From IMG/VR virus record IMGVR_UViG_3300050162_000081, positions 1 through 40,548 of that record: a stretch of DNA of 40,548 nt; one strand, 5' to 3'. The position numbers and the translations under genes are program-made. Source of the DNA: a virus (lineage: Duplodnaviria; Caudoviricetes). Positions within the stretch are counted from its first letter, which is position 1. Every line of letters begins with the position of its first letter. Below, one piece after another: positions 10,267 to 18,932 of this stretch. Under the pieces are notes generated by a model that was given only the letters and a program-made list of their open reading frames with translations, had not been told where the DNA came from and ran no database searches.

Positions 10267-10677
10267 ATGGATATATTTAGAACAATCCCATTCAACAAAG
10301 ACAGTAGGTATACTGACACCAATGTATGTCTCTCTATGGACATAGAGTTTTCCGACGCGGTCGTAACAAAAGCTTTCGATATAAAATTATCAACCGCTGC
10401 CCCCTTGATCCAATCAGATGAATTTAATTCATCTGACGACTTATTAGTTATTAAGTTTGAAGTTTCAGATGTATCTCTGTATTCGGAACGCGCATATATG
10501 ACTCTTAGAGAGGCTGGTAATATAGCATCAGCCAATTATATTGTCAAGAGCGCTCAAATACAGAGTCACTGGCAACTATTAGGTCCTTGGTCTAGTACTC
10601 TATTGCTACCTGGAGAGACGATATATGTTTCGATGACACTAAGACCACAACTGGATATGATTAGAGGGGTGGCGTGA
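10267..10677 (+). CDS. Hypothetical protein
   Basis: RBS AAAGGAG before ATG 10267; start moved from the track call. Confidence 0.6.
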   Translation: MDIFRTIPFNKDSRYTDTNVCLSMDIEFSDAVVTKAFDIKLSTAAPLIQSDEFNSSDDLLVIKFEVSDVSLYSERAYMTLREAGNIASANYIVKSAQIQSHWQLLGPWSSTLLLPGETIYVSMTLRPQLDMIRGVA

Positions 10678-10689
10678 GCCACCCCTCTA
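10662..10689 (+). terminator. Stem-loop with GTGA loop
   Basis: TAGAGGGGTGGC-GTGA-GCCACCCCTCTA. Confidence 0.6.
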
Positions 10690-10713
10690 TCCAAGCTCAA
10701 AAAAATGAAAACC

Positions 10714-10721
10714 TATATTAC
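10714..10721 (+). promoter_or_regulatory. phiKZ-type early promoter motif TATATTAC
   Basis: Exact TATATTAC upstream of an RBS; recurs in the window. Confidence 0.65.
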
Positions 10722-10746
10722 TGATTTGATAACTAGGAGTTTGATT

Positions 10747-11019
10747 ATGTCTGAGACAGCTAAAAAACGCATCTTAAACAAATGGATCCCTATCGAATAC
10801 TTCGTATATGATCGAGATTCACCAAATAAAATCCTACTATGGGGATATGATTATCATAGGTCACATAGTGATATGCAGATCTACCCTCTGGCTTTTGTAA
10901 TCGGGGGCGGTGGGGATGATGGTATCCATTACATCACCGATATTCAGTCTGGTGTCAGTGCACATGAGTGCGTCCCATCCATGTACATGGAAATAGCTCC
11001 TCCAACATCAGTCGGTTGA
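10747..11019 (+). CDS. Hypothetical protein (MSETAKK…)
   Basis: RBS TAGGAG before ATG 10747. Confidence 0.6.
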   Translation: MSETAKKRILNKWIPIEYFVYDRDSPNKILLWGYDYHRSHSDMQIYPLAFVIGGGGDDGIHYITDIQSGVSAHECVPSMYMEIAPPTSVG

Positions 11020-11024
11020 ATCGC

Positions 11025-11032
11025 TATATTCT
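11025..11032 (+). promoter_or_regulatory. Early promoter-like variant TATATTCT
   Basis: Intergenic, followed by …ATGAA and an RBS. Confidence 0.45.
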
Positions 11033-11061
11033 ACATATGAAGTCGTATTTAGGAGTCTCTC

Positions 11062-11304
11062 ATGAATATTAACAACACGCCACTCAGTAGTGTTCAGATG
11101 ACAAAGGCCAAAAAGTTTGCATCGGAGGTCACAGAAATACTCACCTACTTAGATGATCGATCTGATCTATCTGAGATTCGCTATGCTCTGATTATAATCA
11201 GAGATGAGTTTCTTAGAAGTGATCTCACTGTAGGAGACTTGGATGCTATCCGACTTAAGCTGTACGAAACAGCAGATGAACTAACTAAGTACATTATCCA
11301 ATAA
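11062..11304 (+). CDS. Hypothetical protein
   Basis: 80 aa, RBS AGGAG. Confidence 0.6.
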   Translation: MNINNTPLSSVQMTKAKKFASEVTEILTYLDDRSDLSEIRYALIIIRDEFLRSDLTVGDLDAIRLKLYETADELTKYIIQ

Positions 11305-11346
11305 CTCCGATCCTAACTTTTCATTCTATTTAAAAGGATTTACATC

Positions 11347-11886
11347 ATGAACAAATACATCGAAATCACCAAAGAATTTACTCGTATCACCAAGGTGGTG
11401 TTTTCTCGCGAGTATTTCAAAGTGCTCAAACATATTTACGGGGTAACAAATTTCCATGGAAAACCTTCAGTTCGAGTTATCGAATATGGGAAGTTTCCGT
11501 ATATCACTCGATTGGAGATGAAGCGAGATTATCTCGACTTCATCATCGACTCAATCAAAGGTGTGGCTCATACATACGGTAGGTGTCTCAGTGAGGCAAG
11601 CTGCACACACCCGAAAGAATCGGTCTATGCCTCTATCGAAGGCGATGATGATTATGGTTTTTGTACACAACATCTCTGTAACCAATGCGGAGGATATCTC
11701 GATCGAGATGATGTCACTGACCGGTATACGGGAGGGACAAATATCGTACGTGAATTTGCAAAACCTTACTATATCCCCAAGGGATTCTATCCTTCCAAAG
11801 AACAACAGAAGGTGTGGGGATTAGAAGATATGGAATTTCCACTCGACCGTGGAGTGTACTACGAGACTCTAGAATCGAGTAAGTAA
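11347..11886 (+). CDS. Hypothetical protein with CxxC
   Basis: 179 aa, RBS AAAGGA. Confidence 0.65.
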   Translation: MNKYIEITKEFTRITKVVFSREYFKVLKHIYGVTNFHGKPSVRVIEYGKFPYITRLEMKRDYLDFIIDSIKGVAHTYGRCLSEASCTHPKESVYASIEGDDDYGFCTQHLCNQCGGYLDRDDVTDRYTGGTNIVREFAKPYYIPKGFYPSKEQQKVWGLEDMEFPLDRGVYYETLESSK

Positions 11887-11897
11887 CAAGCTATATC

Positions 11898-11936
11898 CTT
11901 ACATGCTCTGGGACAATGTCCCAGAGCATCATTGGA
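11898..11936 (+). promoter_or_regulatory. Flanked hairpin element, copy 1
   Basis: CTTAC-ATGCTCTGGGAC-AAT-GTCCCAGAGCAT-CATTGGA. Confidence 0.55.
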
Positions 11937-11960
11937 AGTAGTATTTGAAGGGATCTCAGT

Positions 11961-12371
11961 ATGCTGGTTGGAAGATTCTCTGACTATGGATTCACTCCTC
12001 TTTTTCAAAATCATCTCAAACAACAAGTCGATTGGATGAAATCATTTGATGAACGAGAAGTAGGGTTATCTGGTCATGCTTTGGAGATGGTTAAACTTGG
12101 AGTAACTTCTCGGTTAGCTGATCTCAATCCGGATTTTACTTTCTGGGGAATTCATATATTCTTTCTTCCTCTTAGAGAAGAGGATATGAGGTTTTTCATG
12201 AATCATGCGAAATCAATCCCAGGCTATCATGAACAATTTATAGACGATTCTACTCTAGGACACGTTCTGGATGATCCATTTAATAAGCCTCTTATCACAC
12301 TCAGAGAGCTTTTTGATAAGGGTTATGTTGGTGCATACGTCTCAAGAGAAAGTTTTATAGGTGGGCAGTGA
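11961..12371 (+). CDS. Hypothetical protein
   Basis: 136 aa, RBS AAGGGA. Confidence 0.6.
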   Translation: MLVGRFSDYGFTPLFQNHLKQQVDWMKSFDEREVGLSGHALEMVKLGVTSRLADLNPDFTFWGIHIFFLPLREEDMRFFMNHAKSIPGYHEQFIDDSTLGHVLDDPFNKPLITLRELFDKGYVGAYVSRESFIGGQ

Positions 12372-12372
12372 T

Positions 12373-12410
12373 CTTACATGGGTAGGTCGTTAGACCTACC
12401 CATCATTGAA
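12373..12410 (+). promoter_or_regulatory. Flanked hairpin element, copy 2
   Basis: CTTAC-ATGGGTAGGTC-GTTA-GACCTACCCAT-CATTGAA. Confidence 0.55.
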
Positions 12411-12443
12411 TACTGTAAACACTATTTAGTAAGGACGATTCAC

Positions 12444-13013
12444 ATGCGTTTTATAGGTGACGTACATGGTAAGTTTGATCAGTATCTTAAACTGATTGAG
12501 TCGGTACCAGAAAGCATTCAAGTTGGAGATTTTGGAGCTGGGTTCAAACCTATTCCATATATAGGTATCAACCACAGGTGGATTCGGGGTAATCACGATA
12601 ACCCAGAGATATCCAAGGGTCATCCCAATTGGATTCCCGATGGTCACTATGAAAATGGAATGTTTTTCACCGGAGGTGCTCTTTCAGTCGATGCCCATTC
12701 TAGAACGGAAGGGGTGGATTGGTGGAGAGATGAGGAGTTGTCGTATGACGAGTGTTTTTCCTTCATGGATAAATATGAATCCATTCATCCTGAAATCATG
12801 GTGACTCACGATCTTCCACAAACTGTGGCTATGCAGATTTTTGGTAATCATAAATCAAGTATTCGCAGCCGGACGAGAAATTTTCTGGACTCTCTATTCT
12901 TCAGTCATAAACCAAAACTATGGATCTGTGGTCACTGGCATGTCAGAGAGGATGTGACTATTGACGGAACCCGATTCATTGTTTTGGGTGAACTAGACCA
13001 TATTGATATTTAA
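12444..13013 (+). CDS. Calcineurin-like metallophosphoesterase
   Basis: GDVHG, QVGDFG, RGNHD, VTHD, GHWH; RBS AAGGA before ATG 12444. Confidence 0.9.
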   Translation: MRFIGDVHGKFDQYLKLIESVPESIQVGDFGAGFKPIPYIGINHRWIRGNHDNPEISKGHPNWIPDGHYENGMFFTGGALSVDAHSRTEGVDWWRDEELSYDECFSFMDKYESIHPEIMVTHDLPQTVAMQIFGNHKSSIRSRTRNFLDSLFFSHKPKLWICGHWHVREDVTIDGTRFIVLGELDHIDI

Positions 13014-13027
13014 CAAAGGGAATCACC

Positions 13028-13237
13028 ATGAAGAAACTCATTGCTGCACTCACTCTTCTTTTGATTGCTACTCCAGCCTATGCTGGAGATATCCACGGAG
13101 GTAAGAATCCCAACTCCGATCCGATCGGTGTTATCATCGACCATGCTCATTCTGAGTCATCGACTACGAAGATCTATCAGAATGCGCTACTCGCCGCGCT
13201 CGATGTGCGTAAAGCGATTCATATCGCTAATCGTTAA
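13028..13237 (+). CDS. Small secreted protein
   Basis: Signal peptide MKKLIAALTLLLIATPAYA. Confidence 0.65.
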   Translation: MKKLIAALTLLLIATPAYAGDIHGGKNPNSDPIGVIIDHAHSESSTTKIYQNALLAALDVRKAIHIANR

Positions 13238-13262
13238 TCGTCCTTTGTTTAGGAGTAATCAC

Positions 13263-13622
13263 ATGTCGAATTATATCACTCTTCATAAGAAGTTCATTCA
13301 GGCTCAGAGCAAGGATTTTCTTGAATTATCTTTGATTATCGATGCATCATTTTACGGATGTCGATCCGGAAACATTCTTCAACTCACGTATCTCGAATAT
13401 GATTCTGGATACGACGATGAGCCGGAACACTATAACGTCATACGCACTGAGTTCTTTGCTTCAAATGACGTCGAAACTGCGATGACTGCCTTCAACTATC
13501 GGTATAATAATCCGATGGGGGCAGATACCGCATCGGACCTCGGTCAGTCAGTCGAAGACATCCTCGGTGCTGTTGTGTGTAAGGCATGCGGAGATACCAA
13601 GACCGTCGAGGATCGTGTATGA
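13263..13622 (+). CDS. Hypothetical protein
   Basis: RBS AGGAG before ATG 13263. Confidence 0.6.
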   Translation: MSNYITLHKKFIQAQSKDFLELSLIIDASFYGCRSGNILQLTYLEYDSGYDDEPEHYNVIRTEFFASNDVETAMTAFNYRYNNPMGADTASDLGQSVEDILGAVVCKACGDTKTVEDRV

Positions 13623-14209
13623 TAAAACTATCGTTTAAAGAGTTAGAAGTAAAATTATTAGCTCCACTAAAAGGTCAGTATAGCGCACTGTATTTGTCGT
13701 TCAACGAAAGTGCCGCAGCGAATAAAATGACCGTCAAAGAGTATTACGAACACATTGACGAAACTGATTTTTACCCAGTCAGTGAGGAAGATAATAAAAT
13801 ATGCGTCTCCGCTAACTCACTATGGGTACTGCAGTGGTTTCCAAACTCTCCAGTGGGATCACATAGCGTGGGGGCATCGTCTCTGTCCATACTACTGTCA
13901 TATGTTTTTGAGCAAGATGTGGATGCGCTATACATCGAAACTCTACTCAAGTCAAAAATGACTGGGGAATATCCTACTGTAGAGATCAGGTACAATGATC
14001 ATTCGTGTAGTTATCGATCCACAAAAGACACTATCGAAAATTCTAAGATAAGCGATATGTGTAAATATGAGTTTACTTGGGTCACTCCTGAGGAAGAACA
14101 ACTCGCTATCGATAAGAATGCGTTGTGGGCTTATAATCAGTTCCCCAGAGGACCAGGTGACATACGACTCAATGCTTCTAGTCTAGAAGTGATTTTAGAT
14201 CATCTTTAA
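13619..14209 (+). CDS. Hypothetical protein with two tandem homologous domains
   Basis: ATGA overlap with upstream gene; NSLWVLQWFP…ASSLSIL and NALWAYNQFP…ASSLEVI. Confidence 0.65.
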   Translation: MIKLSFKELEVKLLAPLKGQYSALYLSFNESAAANKMTVKEYYEHIDETDFYPVSEEDNKICVSANSLWVLQWFPNSPVGSHSVGASSLSILLSYVFEQDVDALYIETLLKSKMTGEYPTVEIRYNDHSCSYRSTKDTIENSKISDMCKYEFTWVTPEEEQLAIDKNALWAYNQFPRGPGDIRLNASSLEVILDHL

Positions 14210-14234
14210 AATTCATACCTGAAGGAGAAATATC

Positions 14235-14528
14235 ATGAATGGTAGACTAATGGGAATGGCTTTTGCGCTTACAATTGCTTTGTTTGTAGGAGGCATCGCG
14301 ATTATCTTTTCGACTGGAGGGATGTCTATTTCCGATACCCGAAAAGCCGAACTACTGCTCAACACTCAAGGTTTCACAGACGTAACTTTCGAAGGTCCTG
14401 CTCCATGGCGATGCGGGGACGGAGACACGTTCTCGCGATCGTTCACTGCTACCGCAAAAGATGGGGCTCCTATCAGCGGTACTATCTGCGAAGGTCTTCT
14501 GAAAGGCAGTACTATTCGTTTTAACTAA
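14235..14528 (+). CDS. Membrane-anchored phage protein
   Basis: N-terminal TM; CGDGDTF…SGTICEGLLKGSTIRF. Confidence 0.7.
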   Translation: MNGRLMGMAFALTIALFVGGIAIIFSTGGMSISDTRKAELLLNTQGFTDVTFEGPAPWRCGDGDTFSRSFTATAKDGAPISGTICEGLLKGSTIRFN

Positions 14529-14578
14529 TTTTAATCTGAATAGTTGTAGTAGCGGAATCATATTCTAGGAGAAACAAA

Positions 14579-14953
14579 ATGGGCTATATTCTCAATTCCA
14601 AAGCTAATCAAAATCGTCGGTTTCGTTCGATTCGTCCCAAGCAGCATCTCGGCTTCTCAGTCGGTATGCAGTTGGGTGCACAGAGCGCCGCTCTCGACGA
14701 TGCTGTTACTACAAGTACTCCTGTGCAGCGAGTACTCGCTGCACATGGCGACCTAAAGATGCTTCGTGAAGAGTTTGGAATCACATCCATGGAGGTAGTC
14801 CAAAAGACCAAGTTCAGGATTGTGCTATCGACCTATCGGAACATCGAATCTGGGAAGACAAAGTCTCCTCAGCTCTTCACAATTCGAGCGATCGCGATCG
14901 CGTTCGGTATCACGCTCGATGAGTTGAGTCAGTTGATTTCGAATATTCGATAA
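14579..14953 (+). CDS. XRE/Cro-like HTH protein
   Basis: LKMLREEFGIT…STYRNIESGKTKSPQLFTIRAIAIAFGITLDEL. Confidence 0.8.
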   Translation: MGYILNSKANQNRRFRSIRPKQHLGFSVGMQLGAQSAALDDAVTTSTPVQRVLAAHGDLKMLREEFGITSMEVVQKTKFRIVLSTYRNIESGKTKSPQLFTIRAIAIAFGITLDELSQLISNIR

Positions 14954-14970
14954 CTCTTCATTCTAATTCT

Positions 14971-15000
14971 AACCCCATCTATGTAGTAGTAGGTGGGGTT
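14971..15000 (+). terminator. Stem-loop
   Basis: AACCCCATCTA…TAGGTGGGGTT. Confidence 0.5.
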
Positions 15001-15036
15001 ATTAATAAAATGGTATTTTAAAAAGGAGTTTTTATT

Positions 15037-15249
15037 ATGTCACATCTAACATCGCGAATGAAAAATGAAGCTGAAAATAAACCATCTAAGGTGGCTTTTG
15101 AAAAAATTCCTACCGGTGACTACATCAGTGTAAGGTACTATCATGAAGATTGTGTGGGTAGTAGCTATGAGTGGATTTTATCCGATGTTCGGGGTAACCA
15201 AGTACGTATTTCGGAACACGAAGCAGCTACTCTTCTCAATCAATTATAA
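15037..15249 (+). CDS. Hypothetical protein
   Basis: RBS AAGGAG. Confidence 0.6.
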   Translation: MSHLTSRMKNEAENKPSKVAFEKIPTGDYISVRYYHEDCVGSSYEWILSDVRGNQVRISEHEAATLLNQL

Positions 15250-15260
15250 GGTTAATTAAG

Positions 15261-15473
15261 ATGTCAAAATACCCTAACATGACTATTCGTGGTATCAACG
15301 ACTGTCGGAACCACCCTACTGAGCGTTGGGGTCAGGCTGTCTGTAATACCTTCGGTTTCAAAGACAATGGTAGTCTTTCGAGTTATGTCGAAACCCTTTG
15401 GGAAGCAGATGATAAGCAGACTGAATCGGTGGCGCGGTCTATGATAATCGATCTTAGTATCCCCGATAGGTAA
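15261..15473 (+). CDS. Hypothetical protein
   Basis: RBS AAGGT; tight packing. Confidence 0.6.
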   Translation: MSKYPNMTIRGINDCRNHPTERWGQAVCNTFGFKDNGSLSSYVETLWEADDKQTESVARSMIIDLSIPDR

Positions 15474-15497
15474 GTGTAGTCCAATTAGGAGGCTGAT

Positions 15498-15755
15498 ATG
15501 TCAAACAATCTAAAAGTAGGTGAATCATGCATTGTTCCAAGATGGAATAGTGTTAAGTGCCGAATCGTTGCGGAGACAGATGGAGAATTCATTATCGCTG
15601 TCCCTGAAAAAGGAAATCAAACTATTTACAAGGCTCTCTGTTTTCCACTCCACCCGAGGGAACGAATTAAGGAACTTCGTGATATACGACAGACCAAAGT
15701 TACTCAAGCTCAGATGATTGGGCGTATCGAACATCCTAAGAATAAGAGGAAGTAA
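15498..15755 (+). CDS. Hypothetical protein
   Basis: RBS AGGAGG. Confidence 0.6.
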   Translation: MSNNLKVGESCIVPRWNSVKCRIVAETDGEFIIAVPEKGNQTIYKALCFPLHPRERIKELRDIRQTKVTQAQMIGRIEHPKNKRK

Positions 15756-15766
15756 TATACTGACTT

Positions 15767-15804
15767 CTTACATGGGTAGGGTATCCACCCTACCCATCAT
15801 TGAA
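15767..15804 (+). promoter_or_regulatory. Flanked hairpin element, copy 3
   Basis: CTTAC-ATGGGTAGGGT-ATCC-ACCCTACCCAT-CATTGAA. Confidence 0.55.
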
Positions 15805-15830
15805 TTCAGCTATCAAATAGGAGTACTACA

Positions 15831-16253
15831 ATGATTATTGAAACAACAACGAATCCTTATTGTAAGAATTCTTATTTTATCGAATTCGATGATGACTATC
15901 GTAAATATATAATTCAGAACGATCAGAAATGGTTACCGAAATCTGTCGATTGTACTTTTCATCCGGCCAAAGTTGGGGATATAGTGACCCTTTCCAAGTG
16001 GGCAGTAGGAGAGTGCGGGGTTAAGATTGGTATTGTGGGCGATATTCGTAAGCACAAACAATCTCGATCTTCGGATTGCGACACTTACTACCAAGTAGAG
16101 ATTCTGGGAGCATCCCGCAGATGGATCGACACTGGTCATTGTCTCGAATACCAACAAAAAGAAAATGAGAAATACGATTATCATCGGCATGGATGTCGAA
16201 CGTACAAATCGGGCCGCATGATATATAGTAAACTCAGTCTTTCTGATTTTTGA
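15831..16253 (+). CDS. Hypothetical protein
   Basis: RBS AGGAG. Confidence 0.6.
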   Translation: MIIETTTNPYCKNSYFIEFDDDYRKYIIQNDQKWLPKSVDCTFHPAKVGDIVTLSKWAVGECGVKIGIVGDIRKHKQSRSSDCDTYYQVEILGASRRWIDTGHCLEYQQKENEKYDYHRHGCRTYKSGRMIYSKLSLSDF

Positions 16254-16271
16254 TATAATAAGGAGATTAGT

Positions 16272-16466
16272 GTGACTGATAAAGAACAAGAAAAGGTCGA
16301 TTTCAATATTCGTAAGCTGGAATTTGGCATTGACGGTCTTCCCTATGCGATCTTTCGCTGGGAAGACGATGCTGTCATGTATCTAGAATCAGTGGGTGGT
16401 ATTCATACCAGCTGTTTTGATGGGTACCACAATGCGGTGCTTCTGCAATGTACGCTGGGTATGTGA
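16272..16466 (+). CDS. Hypothetical protein
   Basis: RBS AAGGAG, GTG start. Confidence 0.55.
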   Translation: MTDKEQEKVDFNIRKLEFGIDGLPYAIFRWEDDAVMYLESVGGIHTSCFDGYHNAVLLQCTLGM

Positions 16467-16489
16467 TTAAATCAGAAAGGAGTTACTTG

Positions 16490-16852
16490 ATGTCCAACTC
16501 GAACAAATACGGGGTAGTTCTGAACGAACCTATTCTTCCCGACGAGTACCTGCTTTGCCAGGGTCACCTCTATGTAGTCAATGGCAAAGTACGTGAGTTT
16601 ATCGATGGTGAAAATGTCACTGTAGGTCGTTATAAGACCATGAGTATCCCTGGTGTACCTCAAGCTACTGAAGTTCGTCGATGTGACGTCGTAGGACGTC
16701 AAGTCATTCGAGCCTATGAACATCAAGAAGAAGTCCAAGCTAAGATGGTGGCTCAGTGGGGCAGAGATCTTAATGGTCCTCCACTAGAAAACAAAAAGAA
16801 TAAACATAAGAAACCTAAGAGATCTTATCGGATTAAGAAATCAGGTTTCTGA
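16490..16852 (+). CDS. Hypothetical protein with basic C-terminal tail
   Basis: RBS AAAGGAG before ATG 16490. Confidence 0.6.
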   Translation: MSNSNKYGVVLNEPILPDEYLLCQGHLYVVNGKVREFIDGENVTVGRYKTMSIPGVPQATEVRRCDVVGRQVIRAYEHQEEVQAKMVAQWGRDLNGPPLENKKNKHKKPKRSYRIKKSGF

Positions 16853-16866
16853 CTTTTCACATAAGG

Positions 16867-17136
16867 ATGAATAGCGTGACTAATATTTCTCATAGCGATG
16901 AATTTATTGAAGCATCTAATTTATTCAACCGGATGGTAAATGAAGCTAAGATTACATCACCCTCCGCTCGAGATATTTCCGAGACACATCGCGCGAACGT
17001 GTACACCAACGATGGTATCTCATACCTCTTCCTGATTGAACACAGAATTGACGTTGCTGACGTGGTTGAAATGCGTCCTAATCAGTTCCGAGATGAGCTA
17101 ATGCTTCATTTGGAGTATATTTCTCATCATCGATGA
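16867..17136 (+). CDS. Hypothetical protein
   Basis: ORF fills the gap; RBS AAGGA. Confidence 0.55.
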   Translation: MNSVTNISHSDEFIEASNLFNRMVNEAKITSPSARDISETHRANVYTNDGISYLFLIEHRIDVADVVEMRPNQFRDELMLHLEYISHHR

Positions 17137-17141
17137 AACAC

Positions 17142-17149
17142 TATATCAT
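17142..17149 (+). promoter_or_regulatory. Early promoter-like variant TATATCAT
   Basis: Intergenic, before RBS AGGAG. Confidence 0.5.
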
Positions 17150-17177
17150 TAATTTGACATCAACAGGAGCGATCTAG

Positions 17178-18233
17178 ATGTACGATGAAAATAACAAATT
17201 GGAATCACTCACCCCTGAGCAAGAGGCTCGTTTTCCTGAATTTGTAAAATTCGGATTATCCATCGGATTATCGACAGAGCGATCAGATCGTGTAGCTGGT
17301 GAGAAGGCATTACGAGATCATTATCTCGCATGCGGTCTGGATGCTCCTACATCGATACAGTGGTTCGACAGTCCTCTCCATGCAACATTGGCATACGTAA
17401 ATGAAGAAGTCAGGAACAAAGTCTGGAACAAAGTCTGGAACAAAGTCTGGAACGAAGTCGGGATCAAAGTCTGGAACAAAGTCGGGAACGAAGTCAGGAG
17501 CGAAGTCTGGAACGAAGTCAGGAGCGAAGTCGGGAACAAAGTCTGGAACAAAGTCGGGAACAAAGTCTGGAACAAAGTCGGGAACAAAGTCTGGAACGAA
17601 GTCGGGAACAAAGTCTGGAATGTTCTTGGTGCATTACTCGATGCTGATTACGCTTCTCTTATTTTAGCGTATGATCAGTATGGGATTGGTTTTCCAACAA
17701 AATGTATTACATTCTTAGAAGTAAATAAACATATATGGTGGTATTATGCTACAGACACCACAGTATACGTTAGTGACCGACCAGTCTTTATAAAGACCAA
17801 CAACGAAGGACATCTGCACTGTGAAAATGGTAAAGCCATTGAATTTGCGGATGGTTTTGGTATTAGCTCATGGCATGGTCAAACTATCCCAAATGAATGG
17901 GTCACTGGTAATCTCCCCACACCAAGTGAAGCTCTCAATTGGGAGAATATGGACCAACGATCGGTTGTATGTGAACTAATCGGATGGGCTAATTTGCGTG
18001 AACACTGTAACTCAACCACCATCGACATCGATGACGACCCTATGTGGGGTGAGTTGGTGGAAATGGATCTTCCGGATAGCCCTGGAGAACGATTTCTATT
18101 TGTGACATGTGGTACTGGTAGACCATTTGCATTATTGGTTCCTAAAGAGACTCAGACTGTGGATGAAGCACAATCAGTCCTCCATGGAGGACTTCCTGTA
18201 GAAATACTCAAGAATTGTATCGAAAGGACGTGA
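17178..18233 (+). CDS. DUF6745-like protein with tetrapeptide repeat
   Basis: LTPEQEARFP…, V(W/G/R)N(K/E) repeats, SDRP…LHCENGKAIEFADGF…WHG, VTCGTGRPFAL. Confidence 0.8.
   Translation: MYDENNKLESLTPEQEARFPEFVKFGLSIGLSTERSDRVAGEKALRDHYLACGLDAPTSIQWFDSPLHATLAYVNEEVRNKVWNKVWNKVWNEVGIKVWNKVGNEVRSEVWNEVRSEVGNKVWNKVGNKVWNKVGNKVWNEVGNKVWNVLGALLDADYASLILAYDQYGIGFPTKCITFLEVNKHIWWYYATDTTVYVSDRPVFIKTNNEGHLHCENGKAIEFADGFGISSWHGQTIPNEWVTGNLPTPSEALNWENMDQRSVVCELIGWANLREHCNSTTIDIDDDPMWGELVEMDLPDSPGERFLFVTCGTGRPFALLVPKETQTVDEAQSVLHGGLPVEILKNCIERT
17409..17620 (+). repeat. 12-nt tandem repeat GTC(T/G/A)GGA(A/G/T)C(A/G)AA, 17 full units plus one partial
   Basis: Read directly from the sequence. Confidence 0.95.
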
Positions 18234-18234
18234 C

Positions 18235-18387
18235 ATGACATTTGAATTTGATATGACTCGTAAGACTATCCCTCAGGGCGATGTACTGTTGGTACCTATT
18301 GTTAAGATCCCAGAAGGGGTAGTTCAAGTATCACCAGAAAATGGTCAGTACATTATCACACATAGTGAGTCGGGGCACAATCGGTGA
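18235..18387 (+). pseudogene. Truncated 5' copy (50 aa) of the 18933 gene
   Basis: MTFEFDMTRKTIPQGDVLLVP…THSESGHNR*; 31/50 identical, ungapped, to the N-terminus of the 18933 ORF. Its TGA overlaps the HNH GTG. Confidence 0.85.
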
Positions 18388-18890
18388 AACCACTGGATTT
18401 GAATGGTGGTATATTTGGTCGACTGAGAGTTCTTAGTAAAGCAAGTTCAAAATCCGATGGAGCCATTTGGTGGATATGTCGGTGTGATTGCGGAAATATA
18501 AAAGAAGCTCGAGGCTCAGACCTAAAACGTGGGTTTATATCAAGTTGCGGGTGTTGGAAAAGGGATGCTCCAAAACTAAGAACAACTCATGGTGGTTCGG
18601 ACACCAGATTGTATCATATATGGCAGGCGATGCGTAATAGAACTGGCAATCAAAATGCTTCCAAATTTCACTACTACGGTGGTAGAGGTATCACTGTTTG
18701 TGATGAATGGATAAATTCCGATAGTTTTCCAGAATTCTACAGTTGGGCTATGAGTAATGGTTATCAGGCACATCTGACCATCGATCGCATCGATAATTAC
18801 AAAGGTTATAGTCCTGATAACTGCAGGTGGGCCACCTGGACGGAACAAATGAATAATAAACGGCCAAGAAATGAAATAGAAGACAAATAA
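18384..18890 (+). CDS. HNH homing endonuclease inserted in the QGDV-motif gene
   Basis: WICRCDCGN, SCGC, YGGRGITVCDEW, TIDRIDNYKGYSPDNCRWAT. Confidence 0.88.
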   Translation: MKPLDLNGGIFGRLRVLSKASSKSDGAIWWICRCDCGNIKEARGSDLKRGFISSCGCWKRDAPKLRTTHGGSDTRLYHIWQAMRNRTGNQNASKFHYYGGRGITVCDEWINSDSFPEFYSWAMSNGYQAHLTIDRIDNYKGYSPDNCRWATWTEQMNNKRPRNEIEDK

Positions 18891-18932
18891 TCCAGATATC
18901 GATAGCCGGTATTTCACAGGAGATATATACTA

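Noticed and set aside
17409-17620. CRISPR array or DGR variable region
   Set aside because: Units are contiguous 12-mers with no spacers and lie in frame in a gene. No cas gene, reverse transcriptase or template repeat is present in the window.
17321-17667. Alternative-frame ORFs (KSGT repeat on +, FQTL repeat on -)
   Set aside because: They are open only because the repeat unit has no stop codon in those frames.
18384-18932. Group I intron carrying the HNH
   Set aside because: Only 42 nt of non-coding sequence flank the HNH, too little for a ribozyme core, and the downstream gene is already complete. The same applies at 33430-34302.
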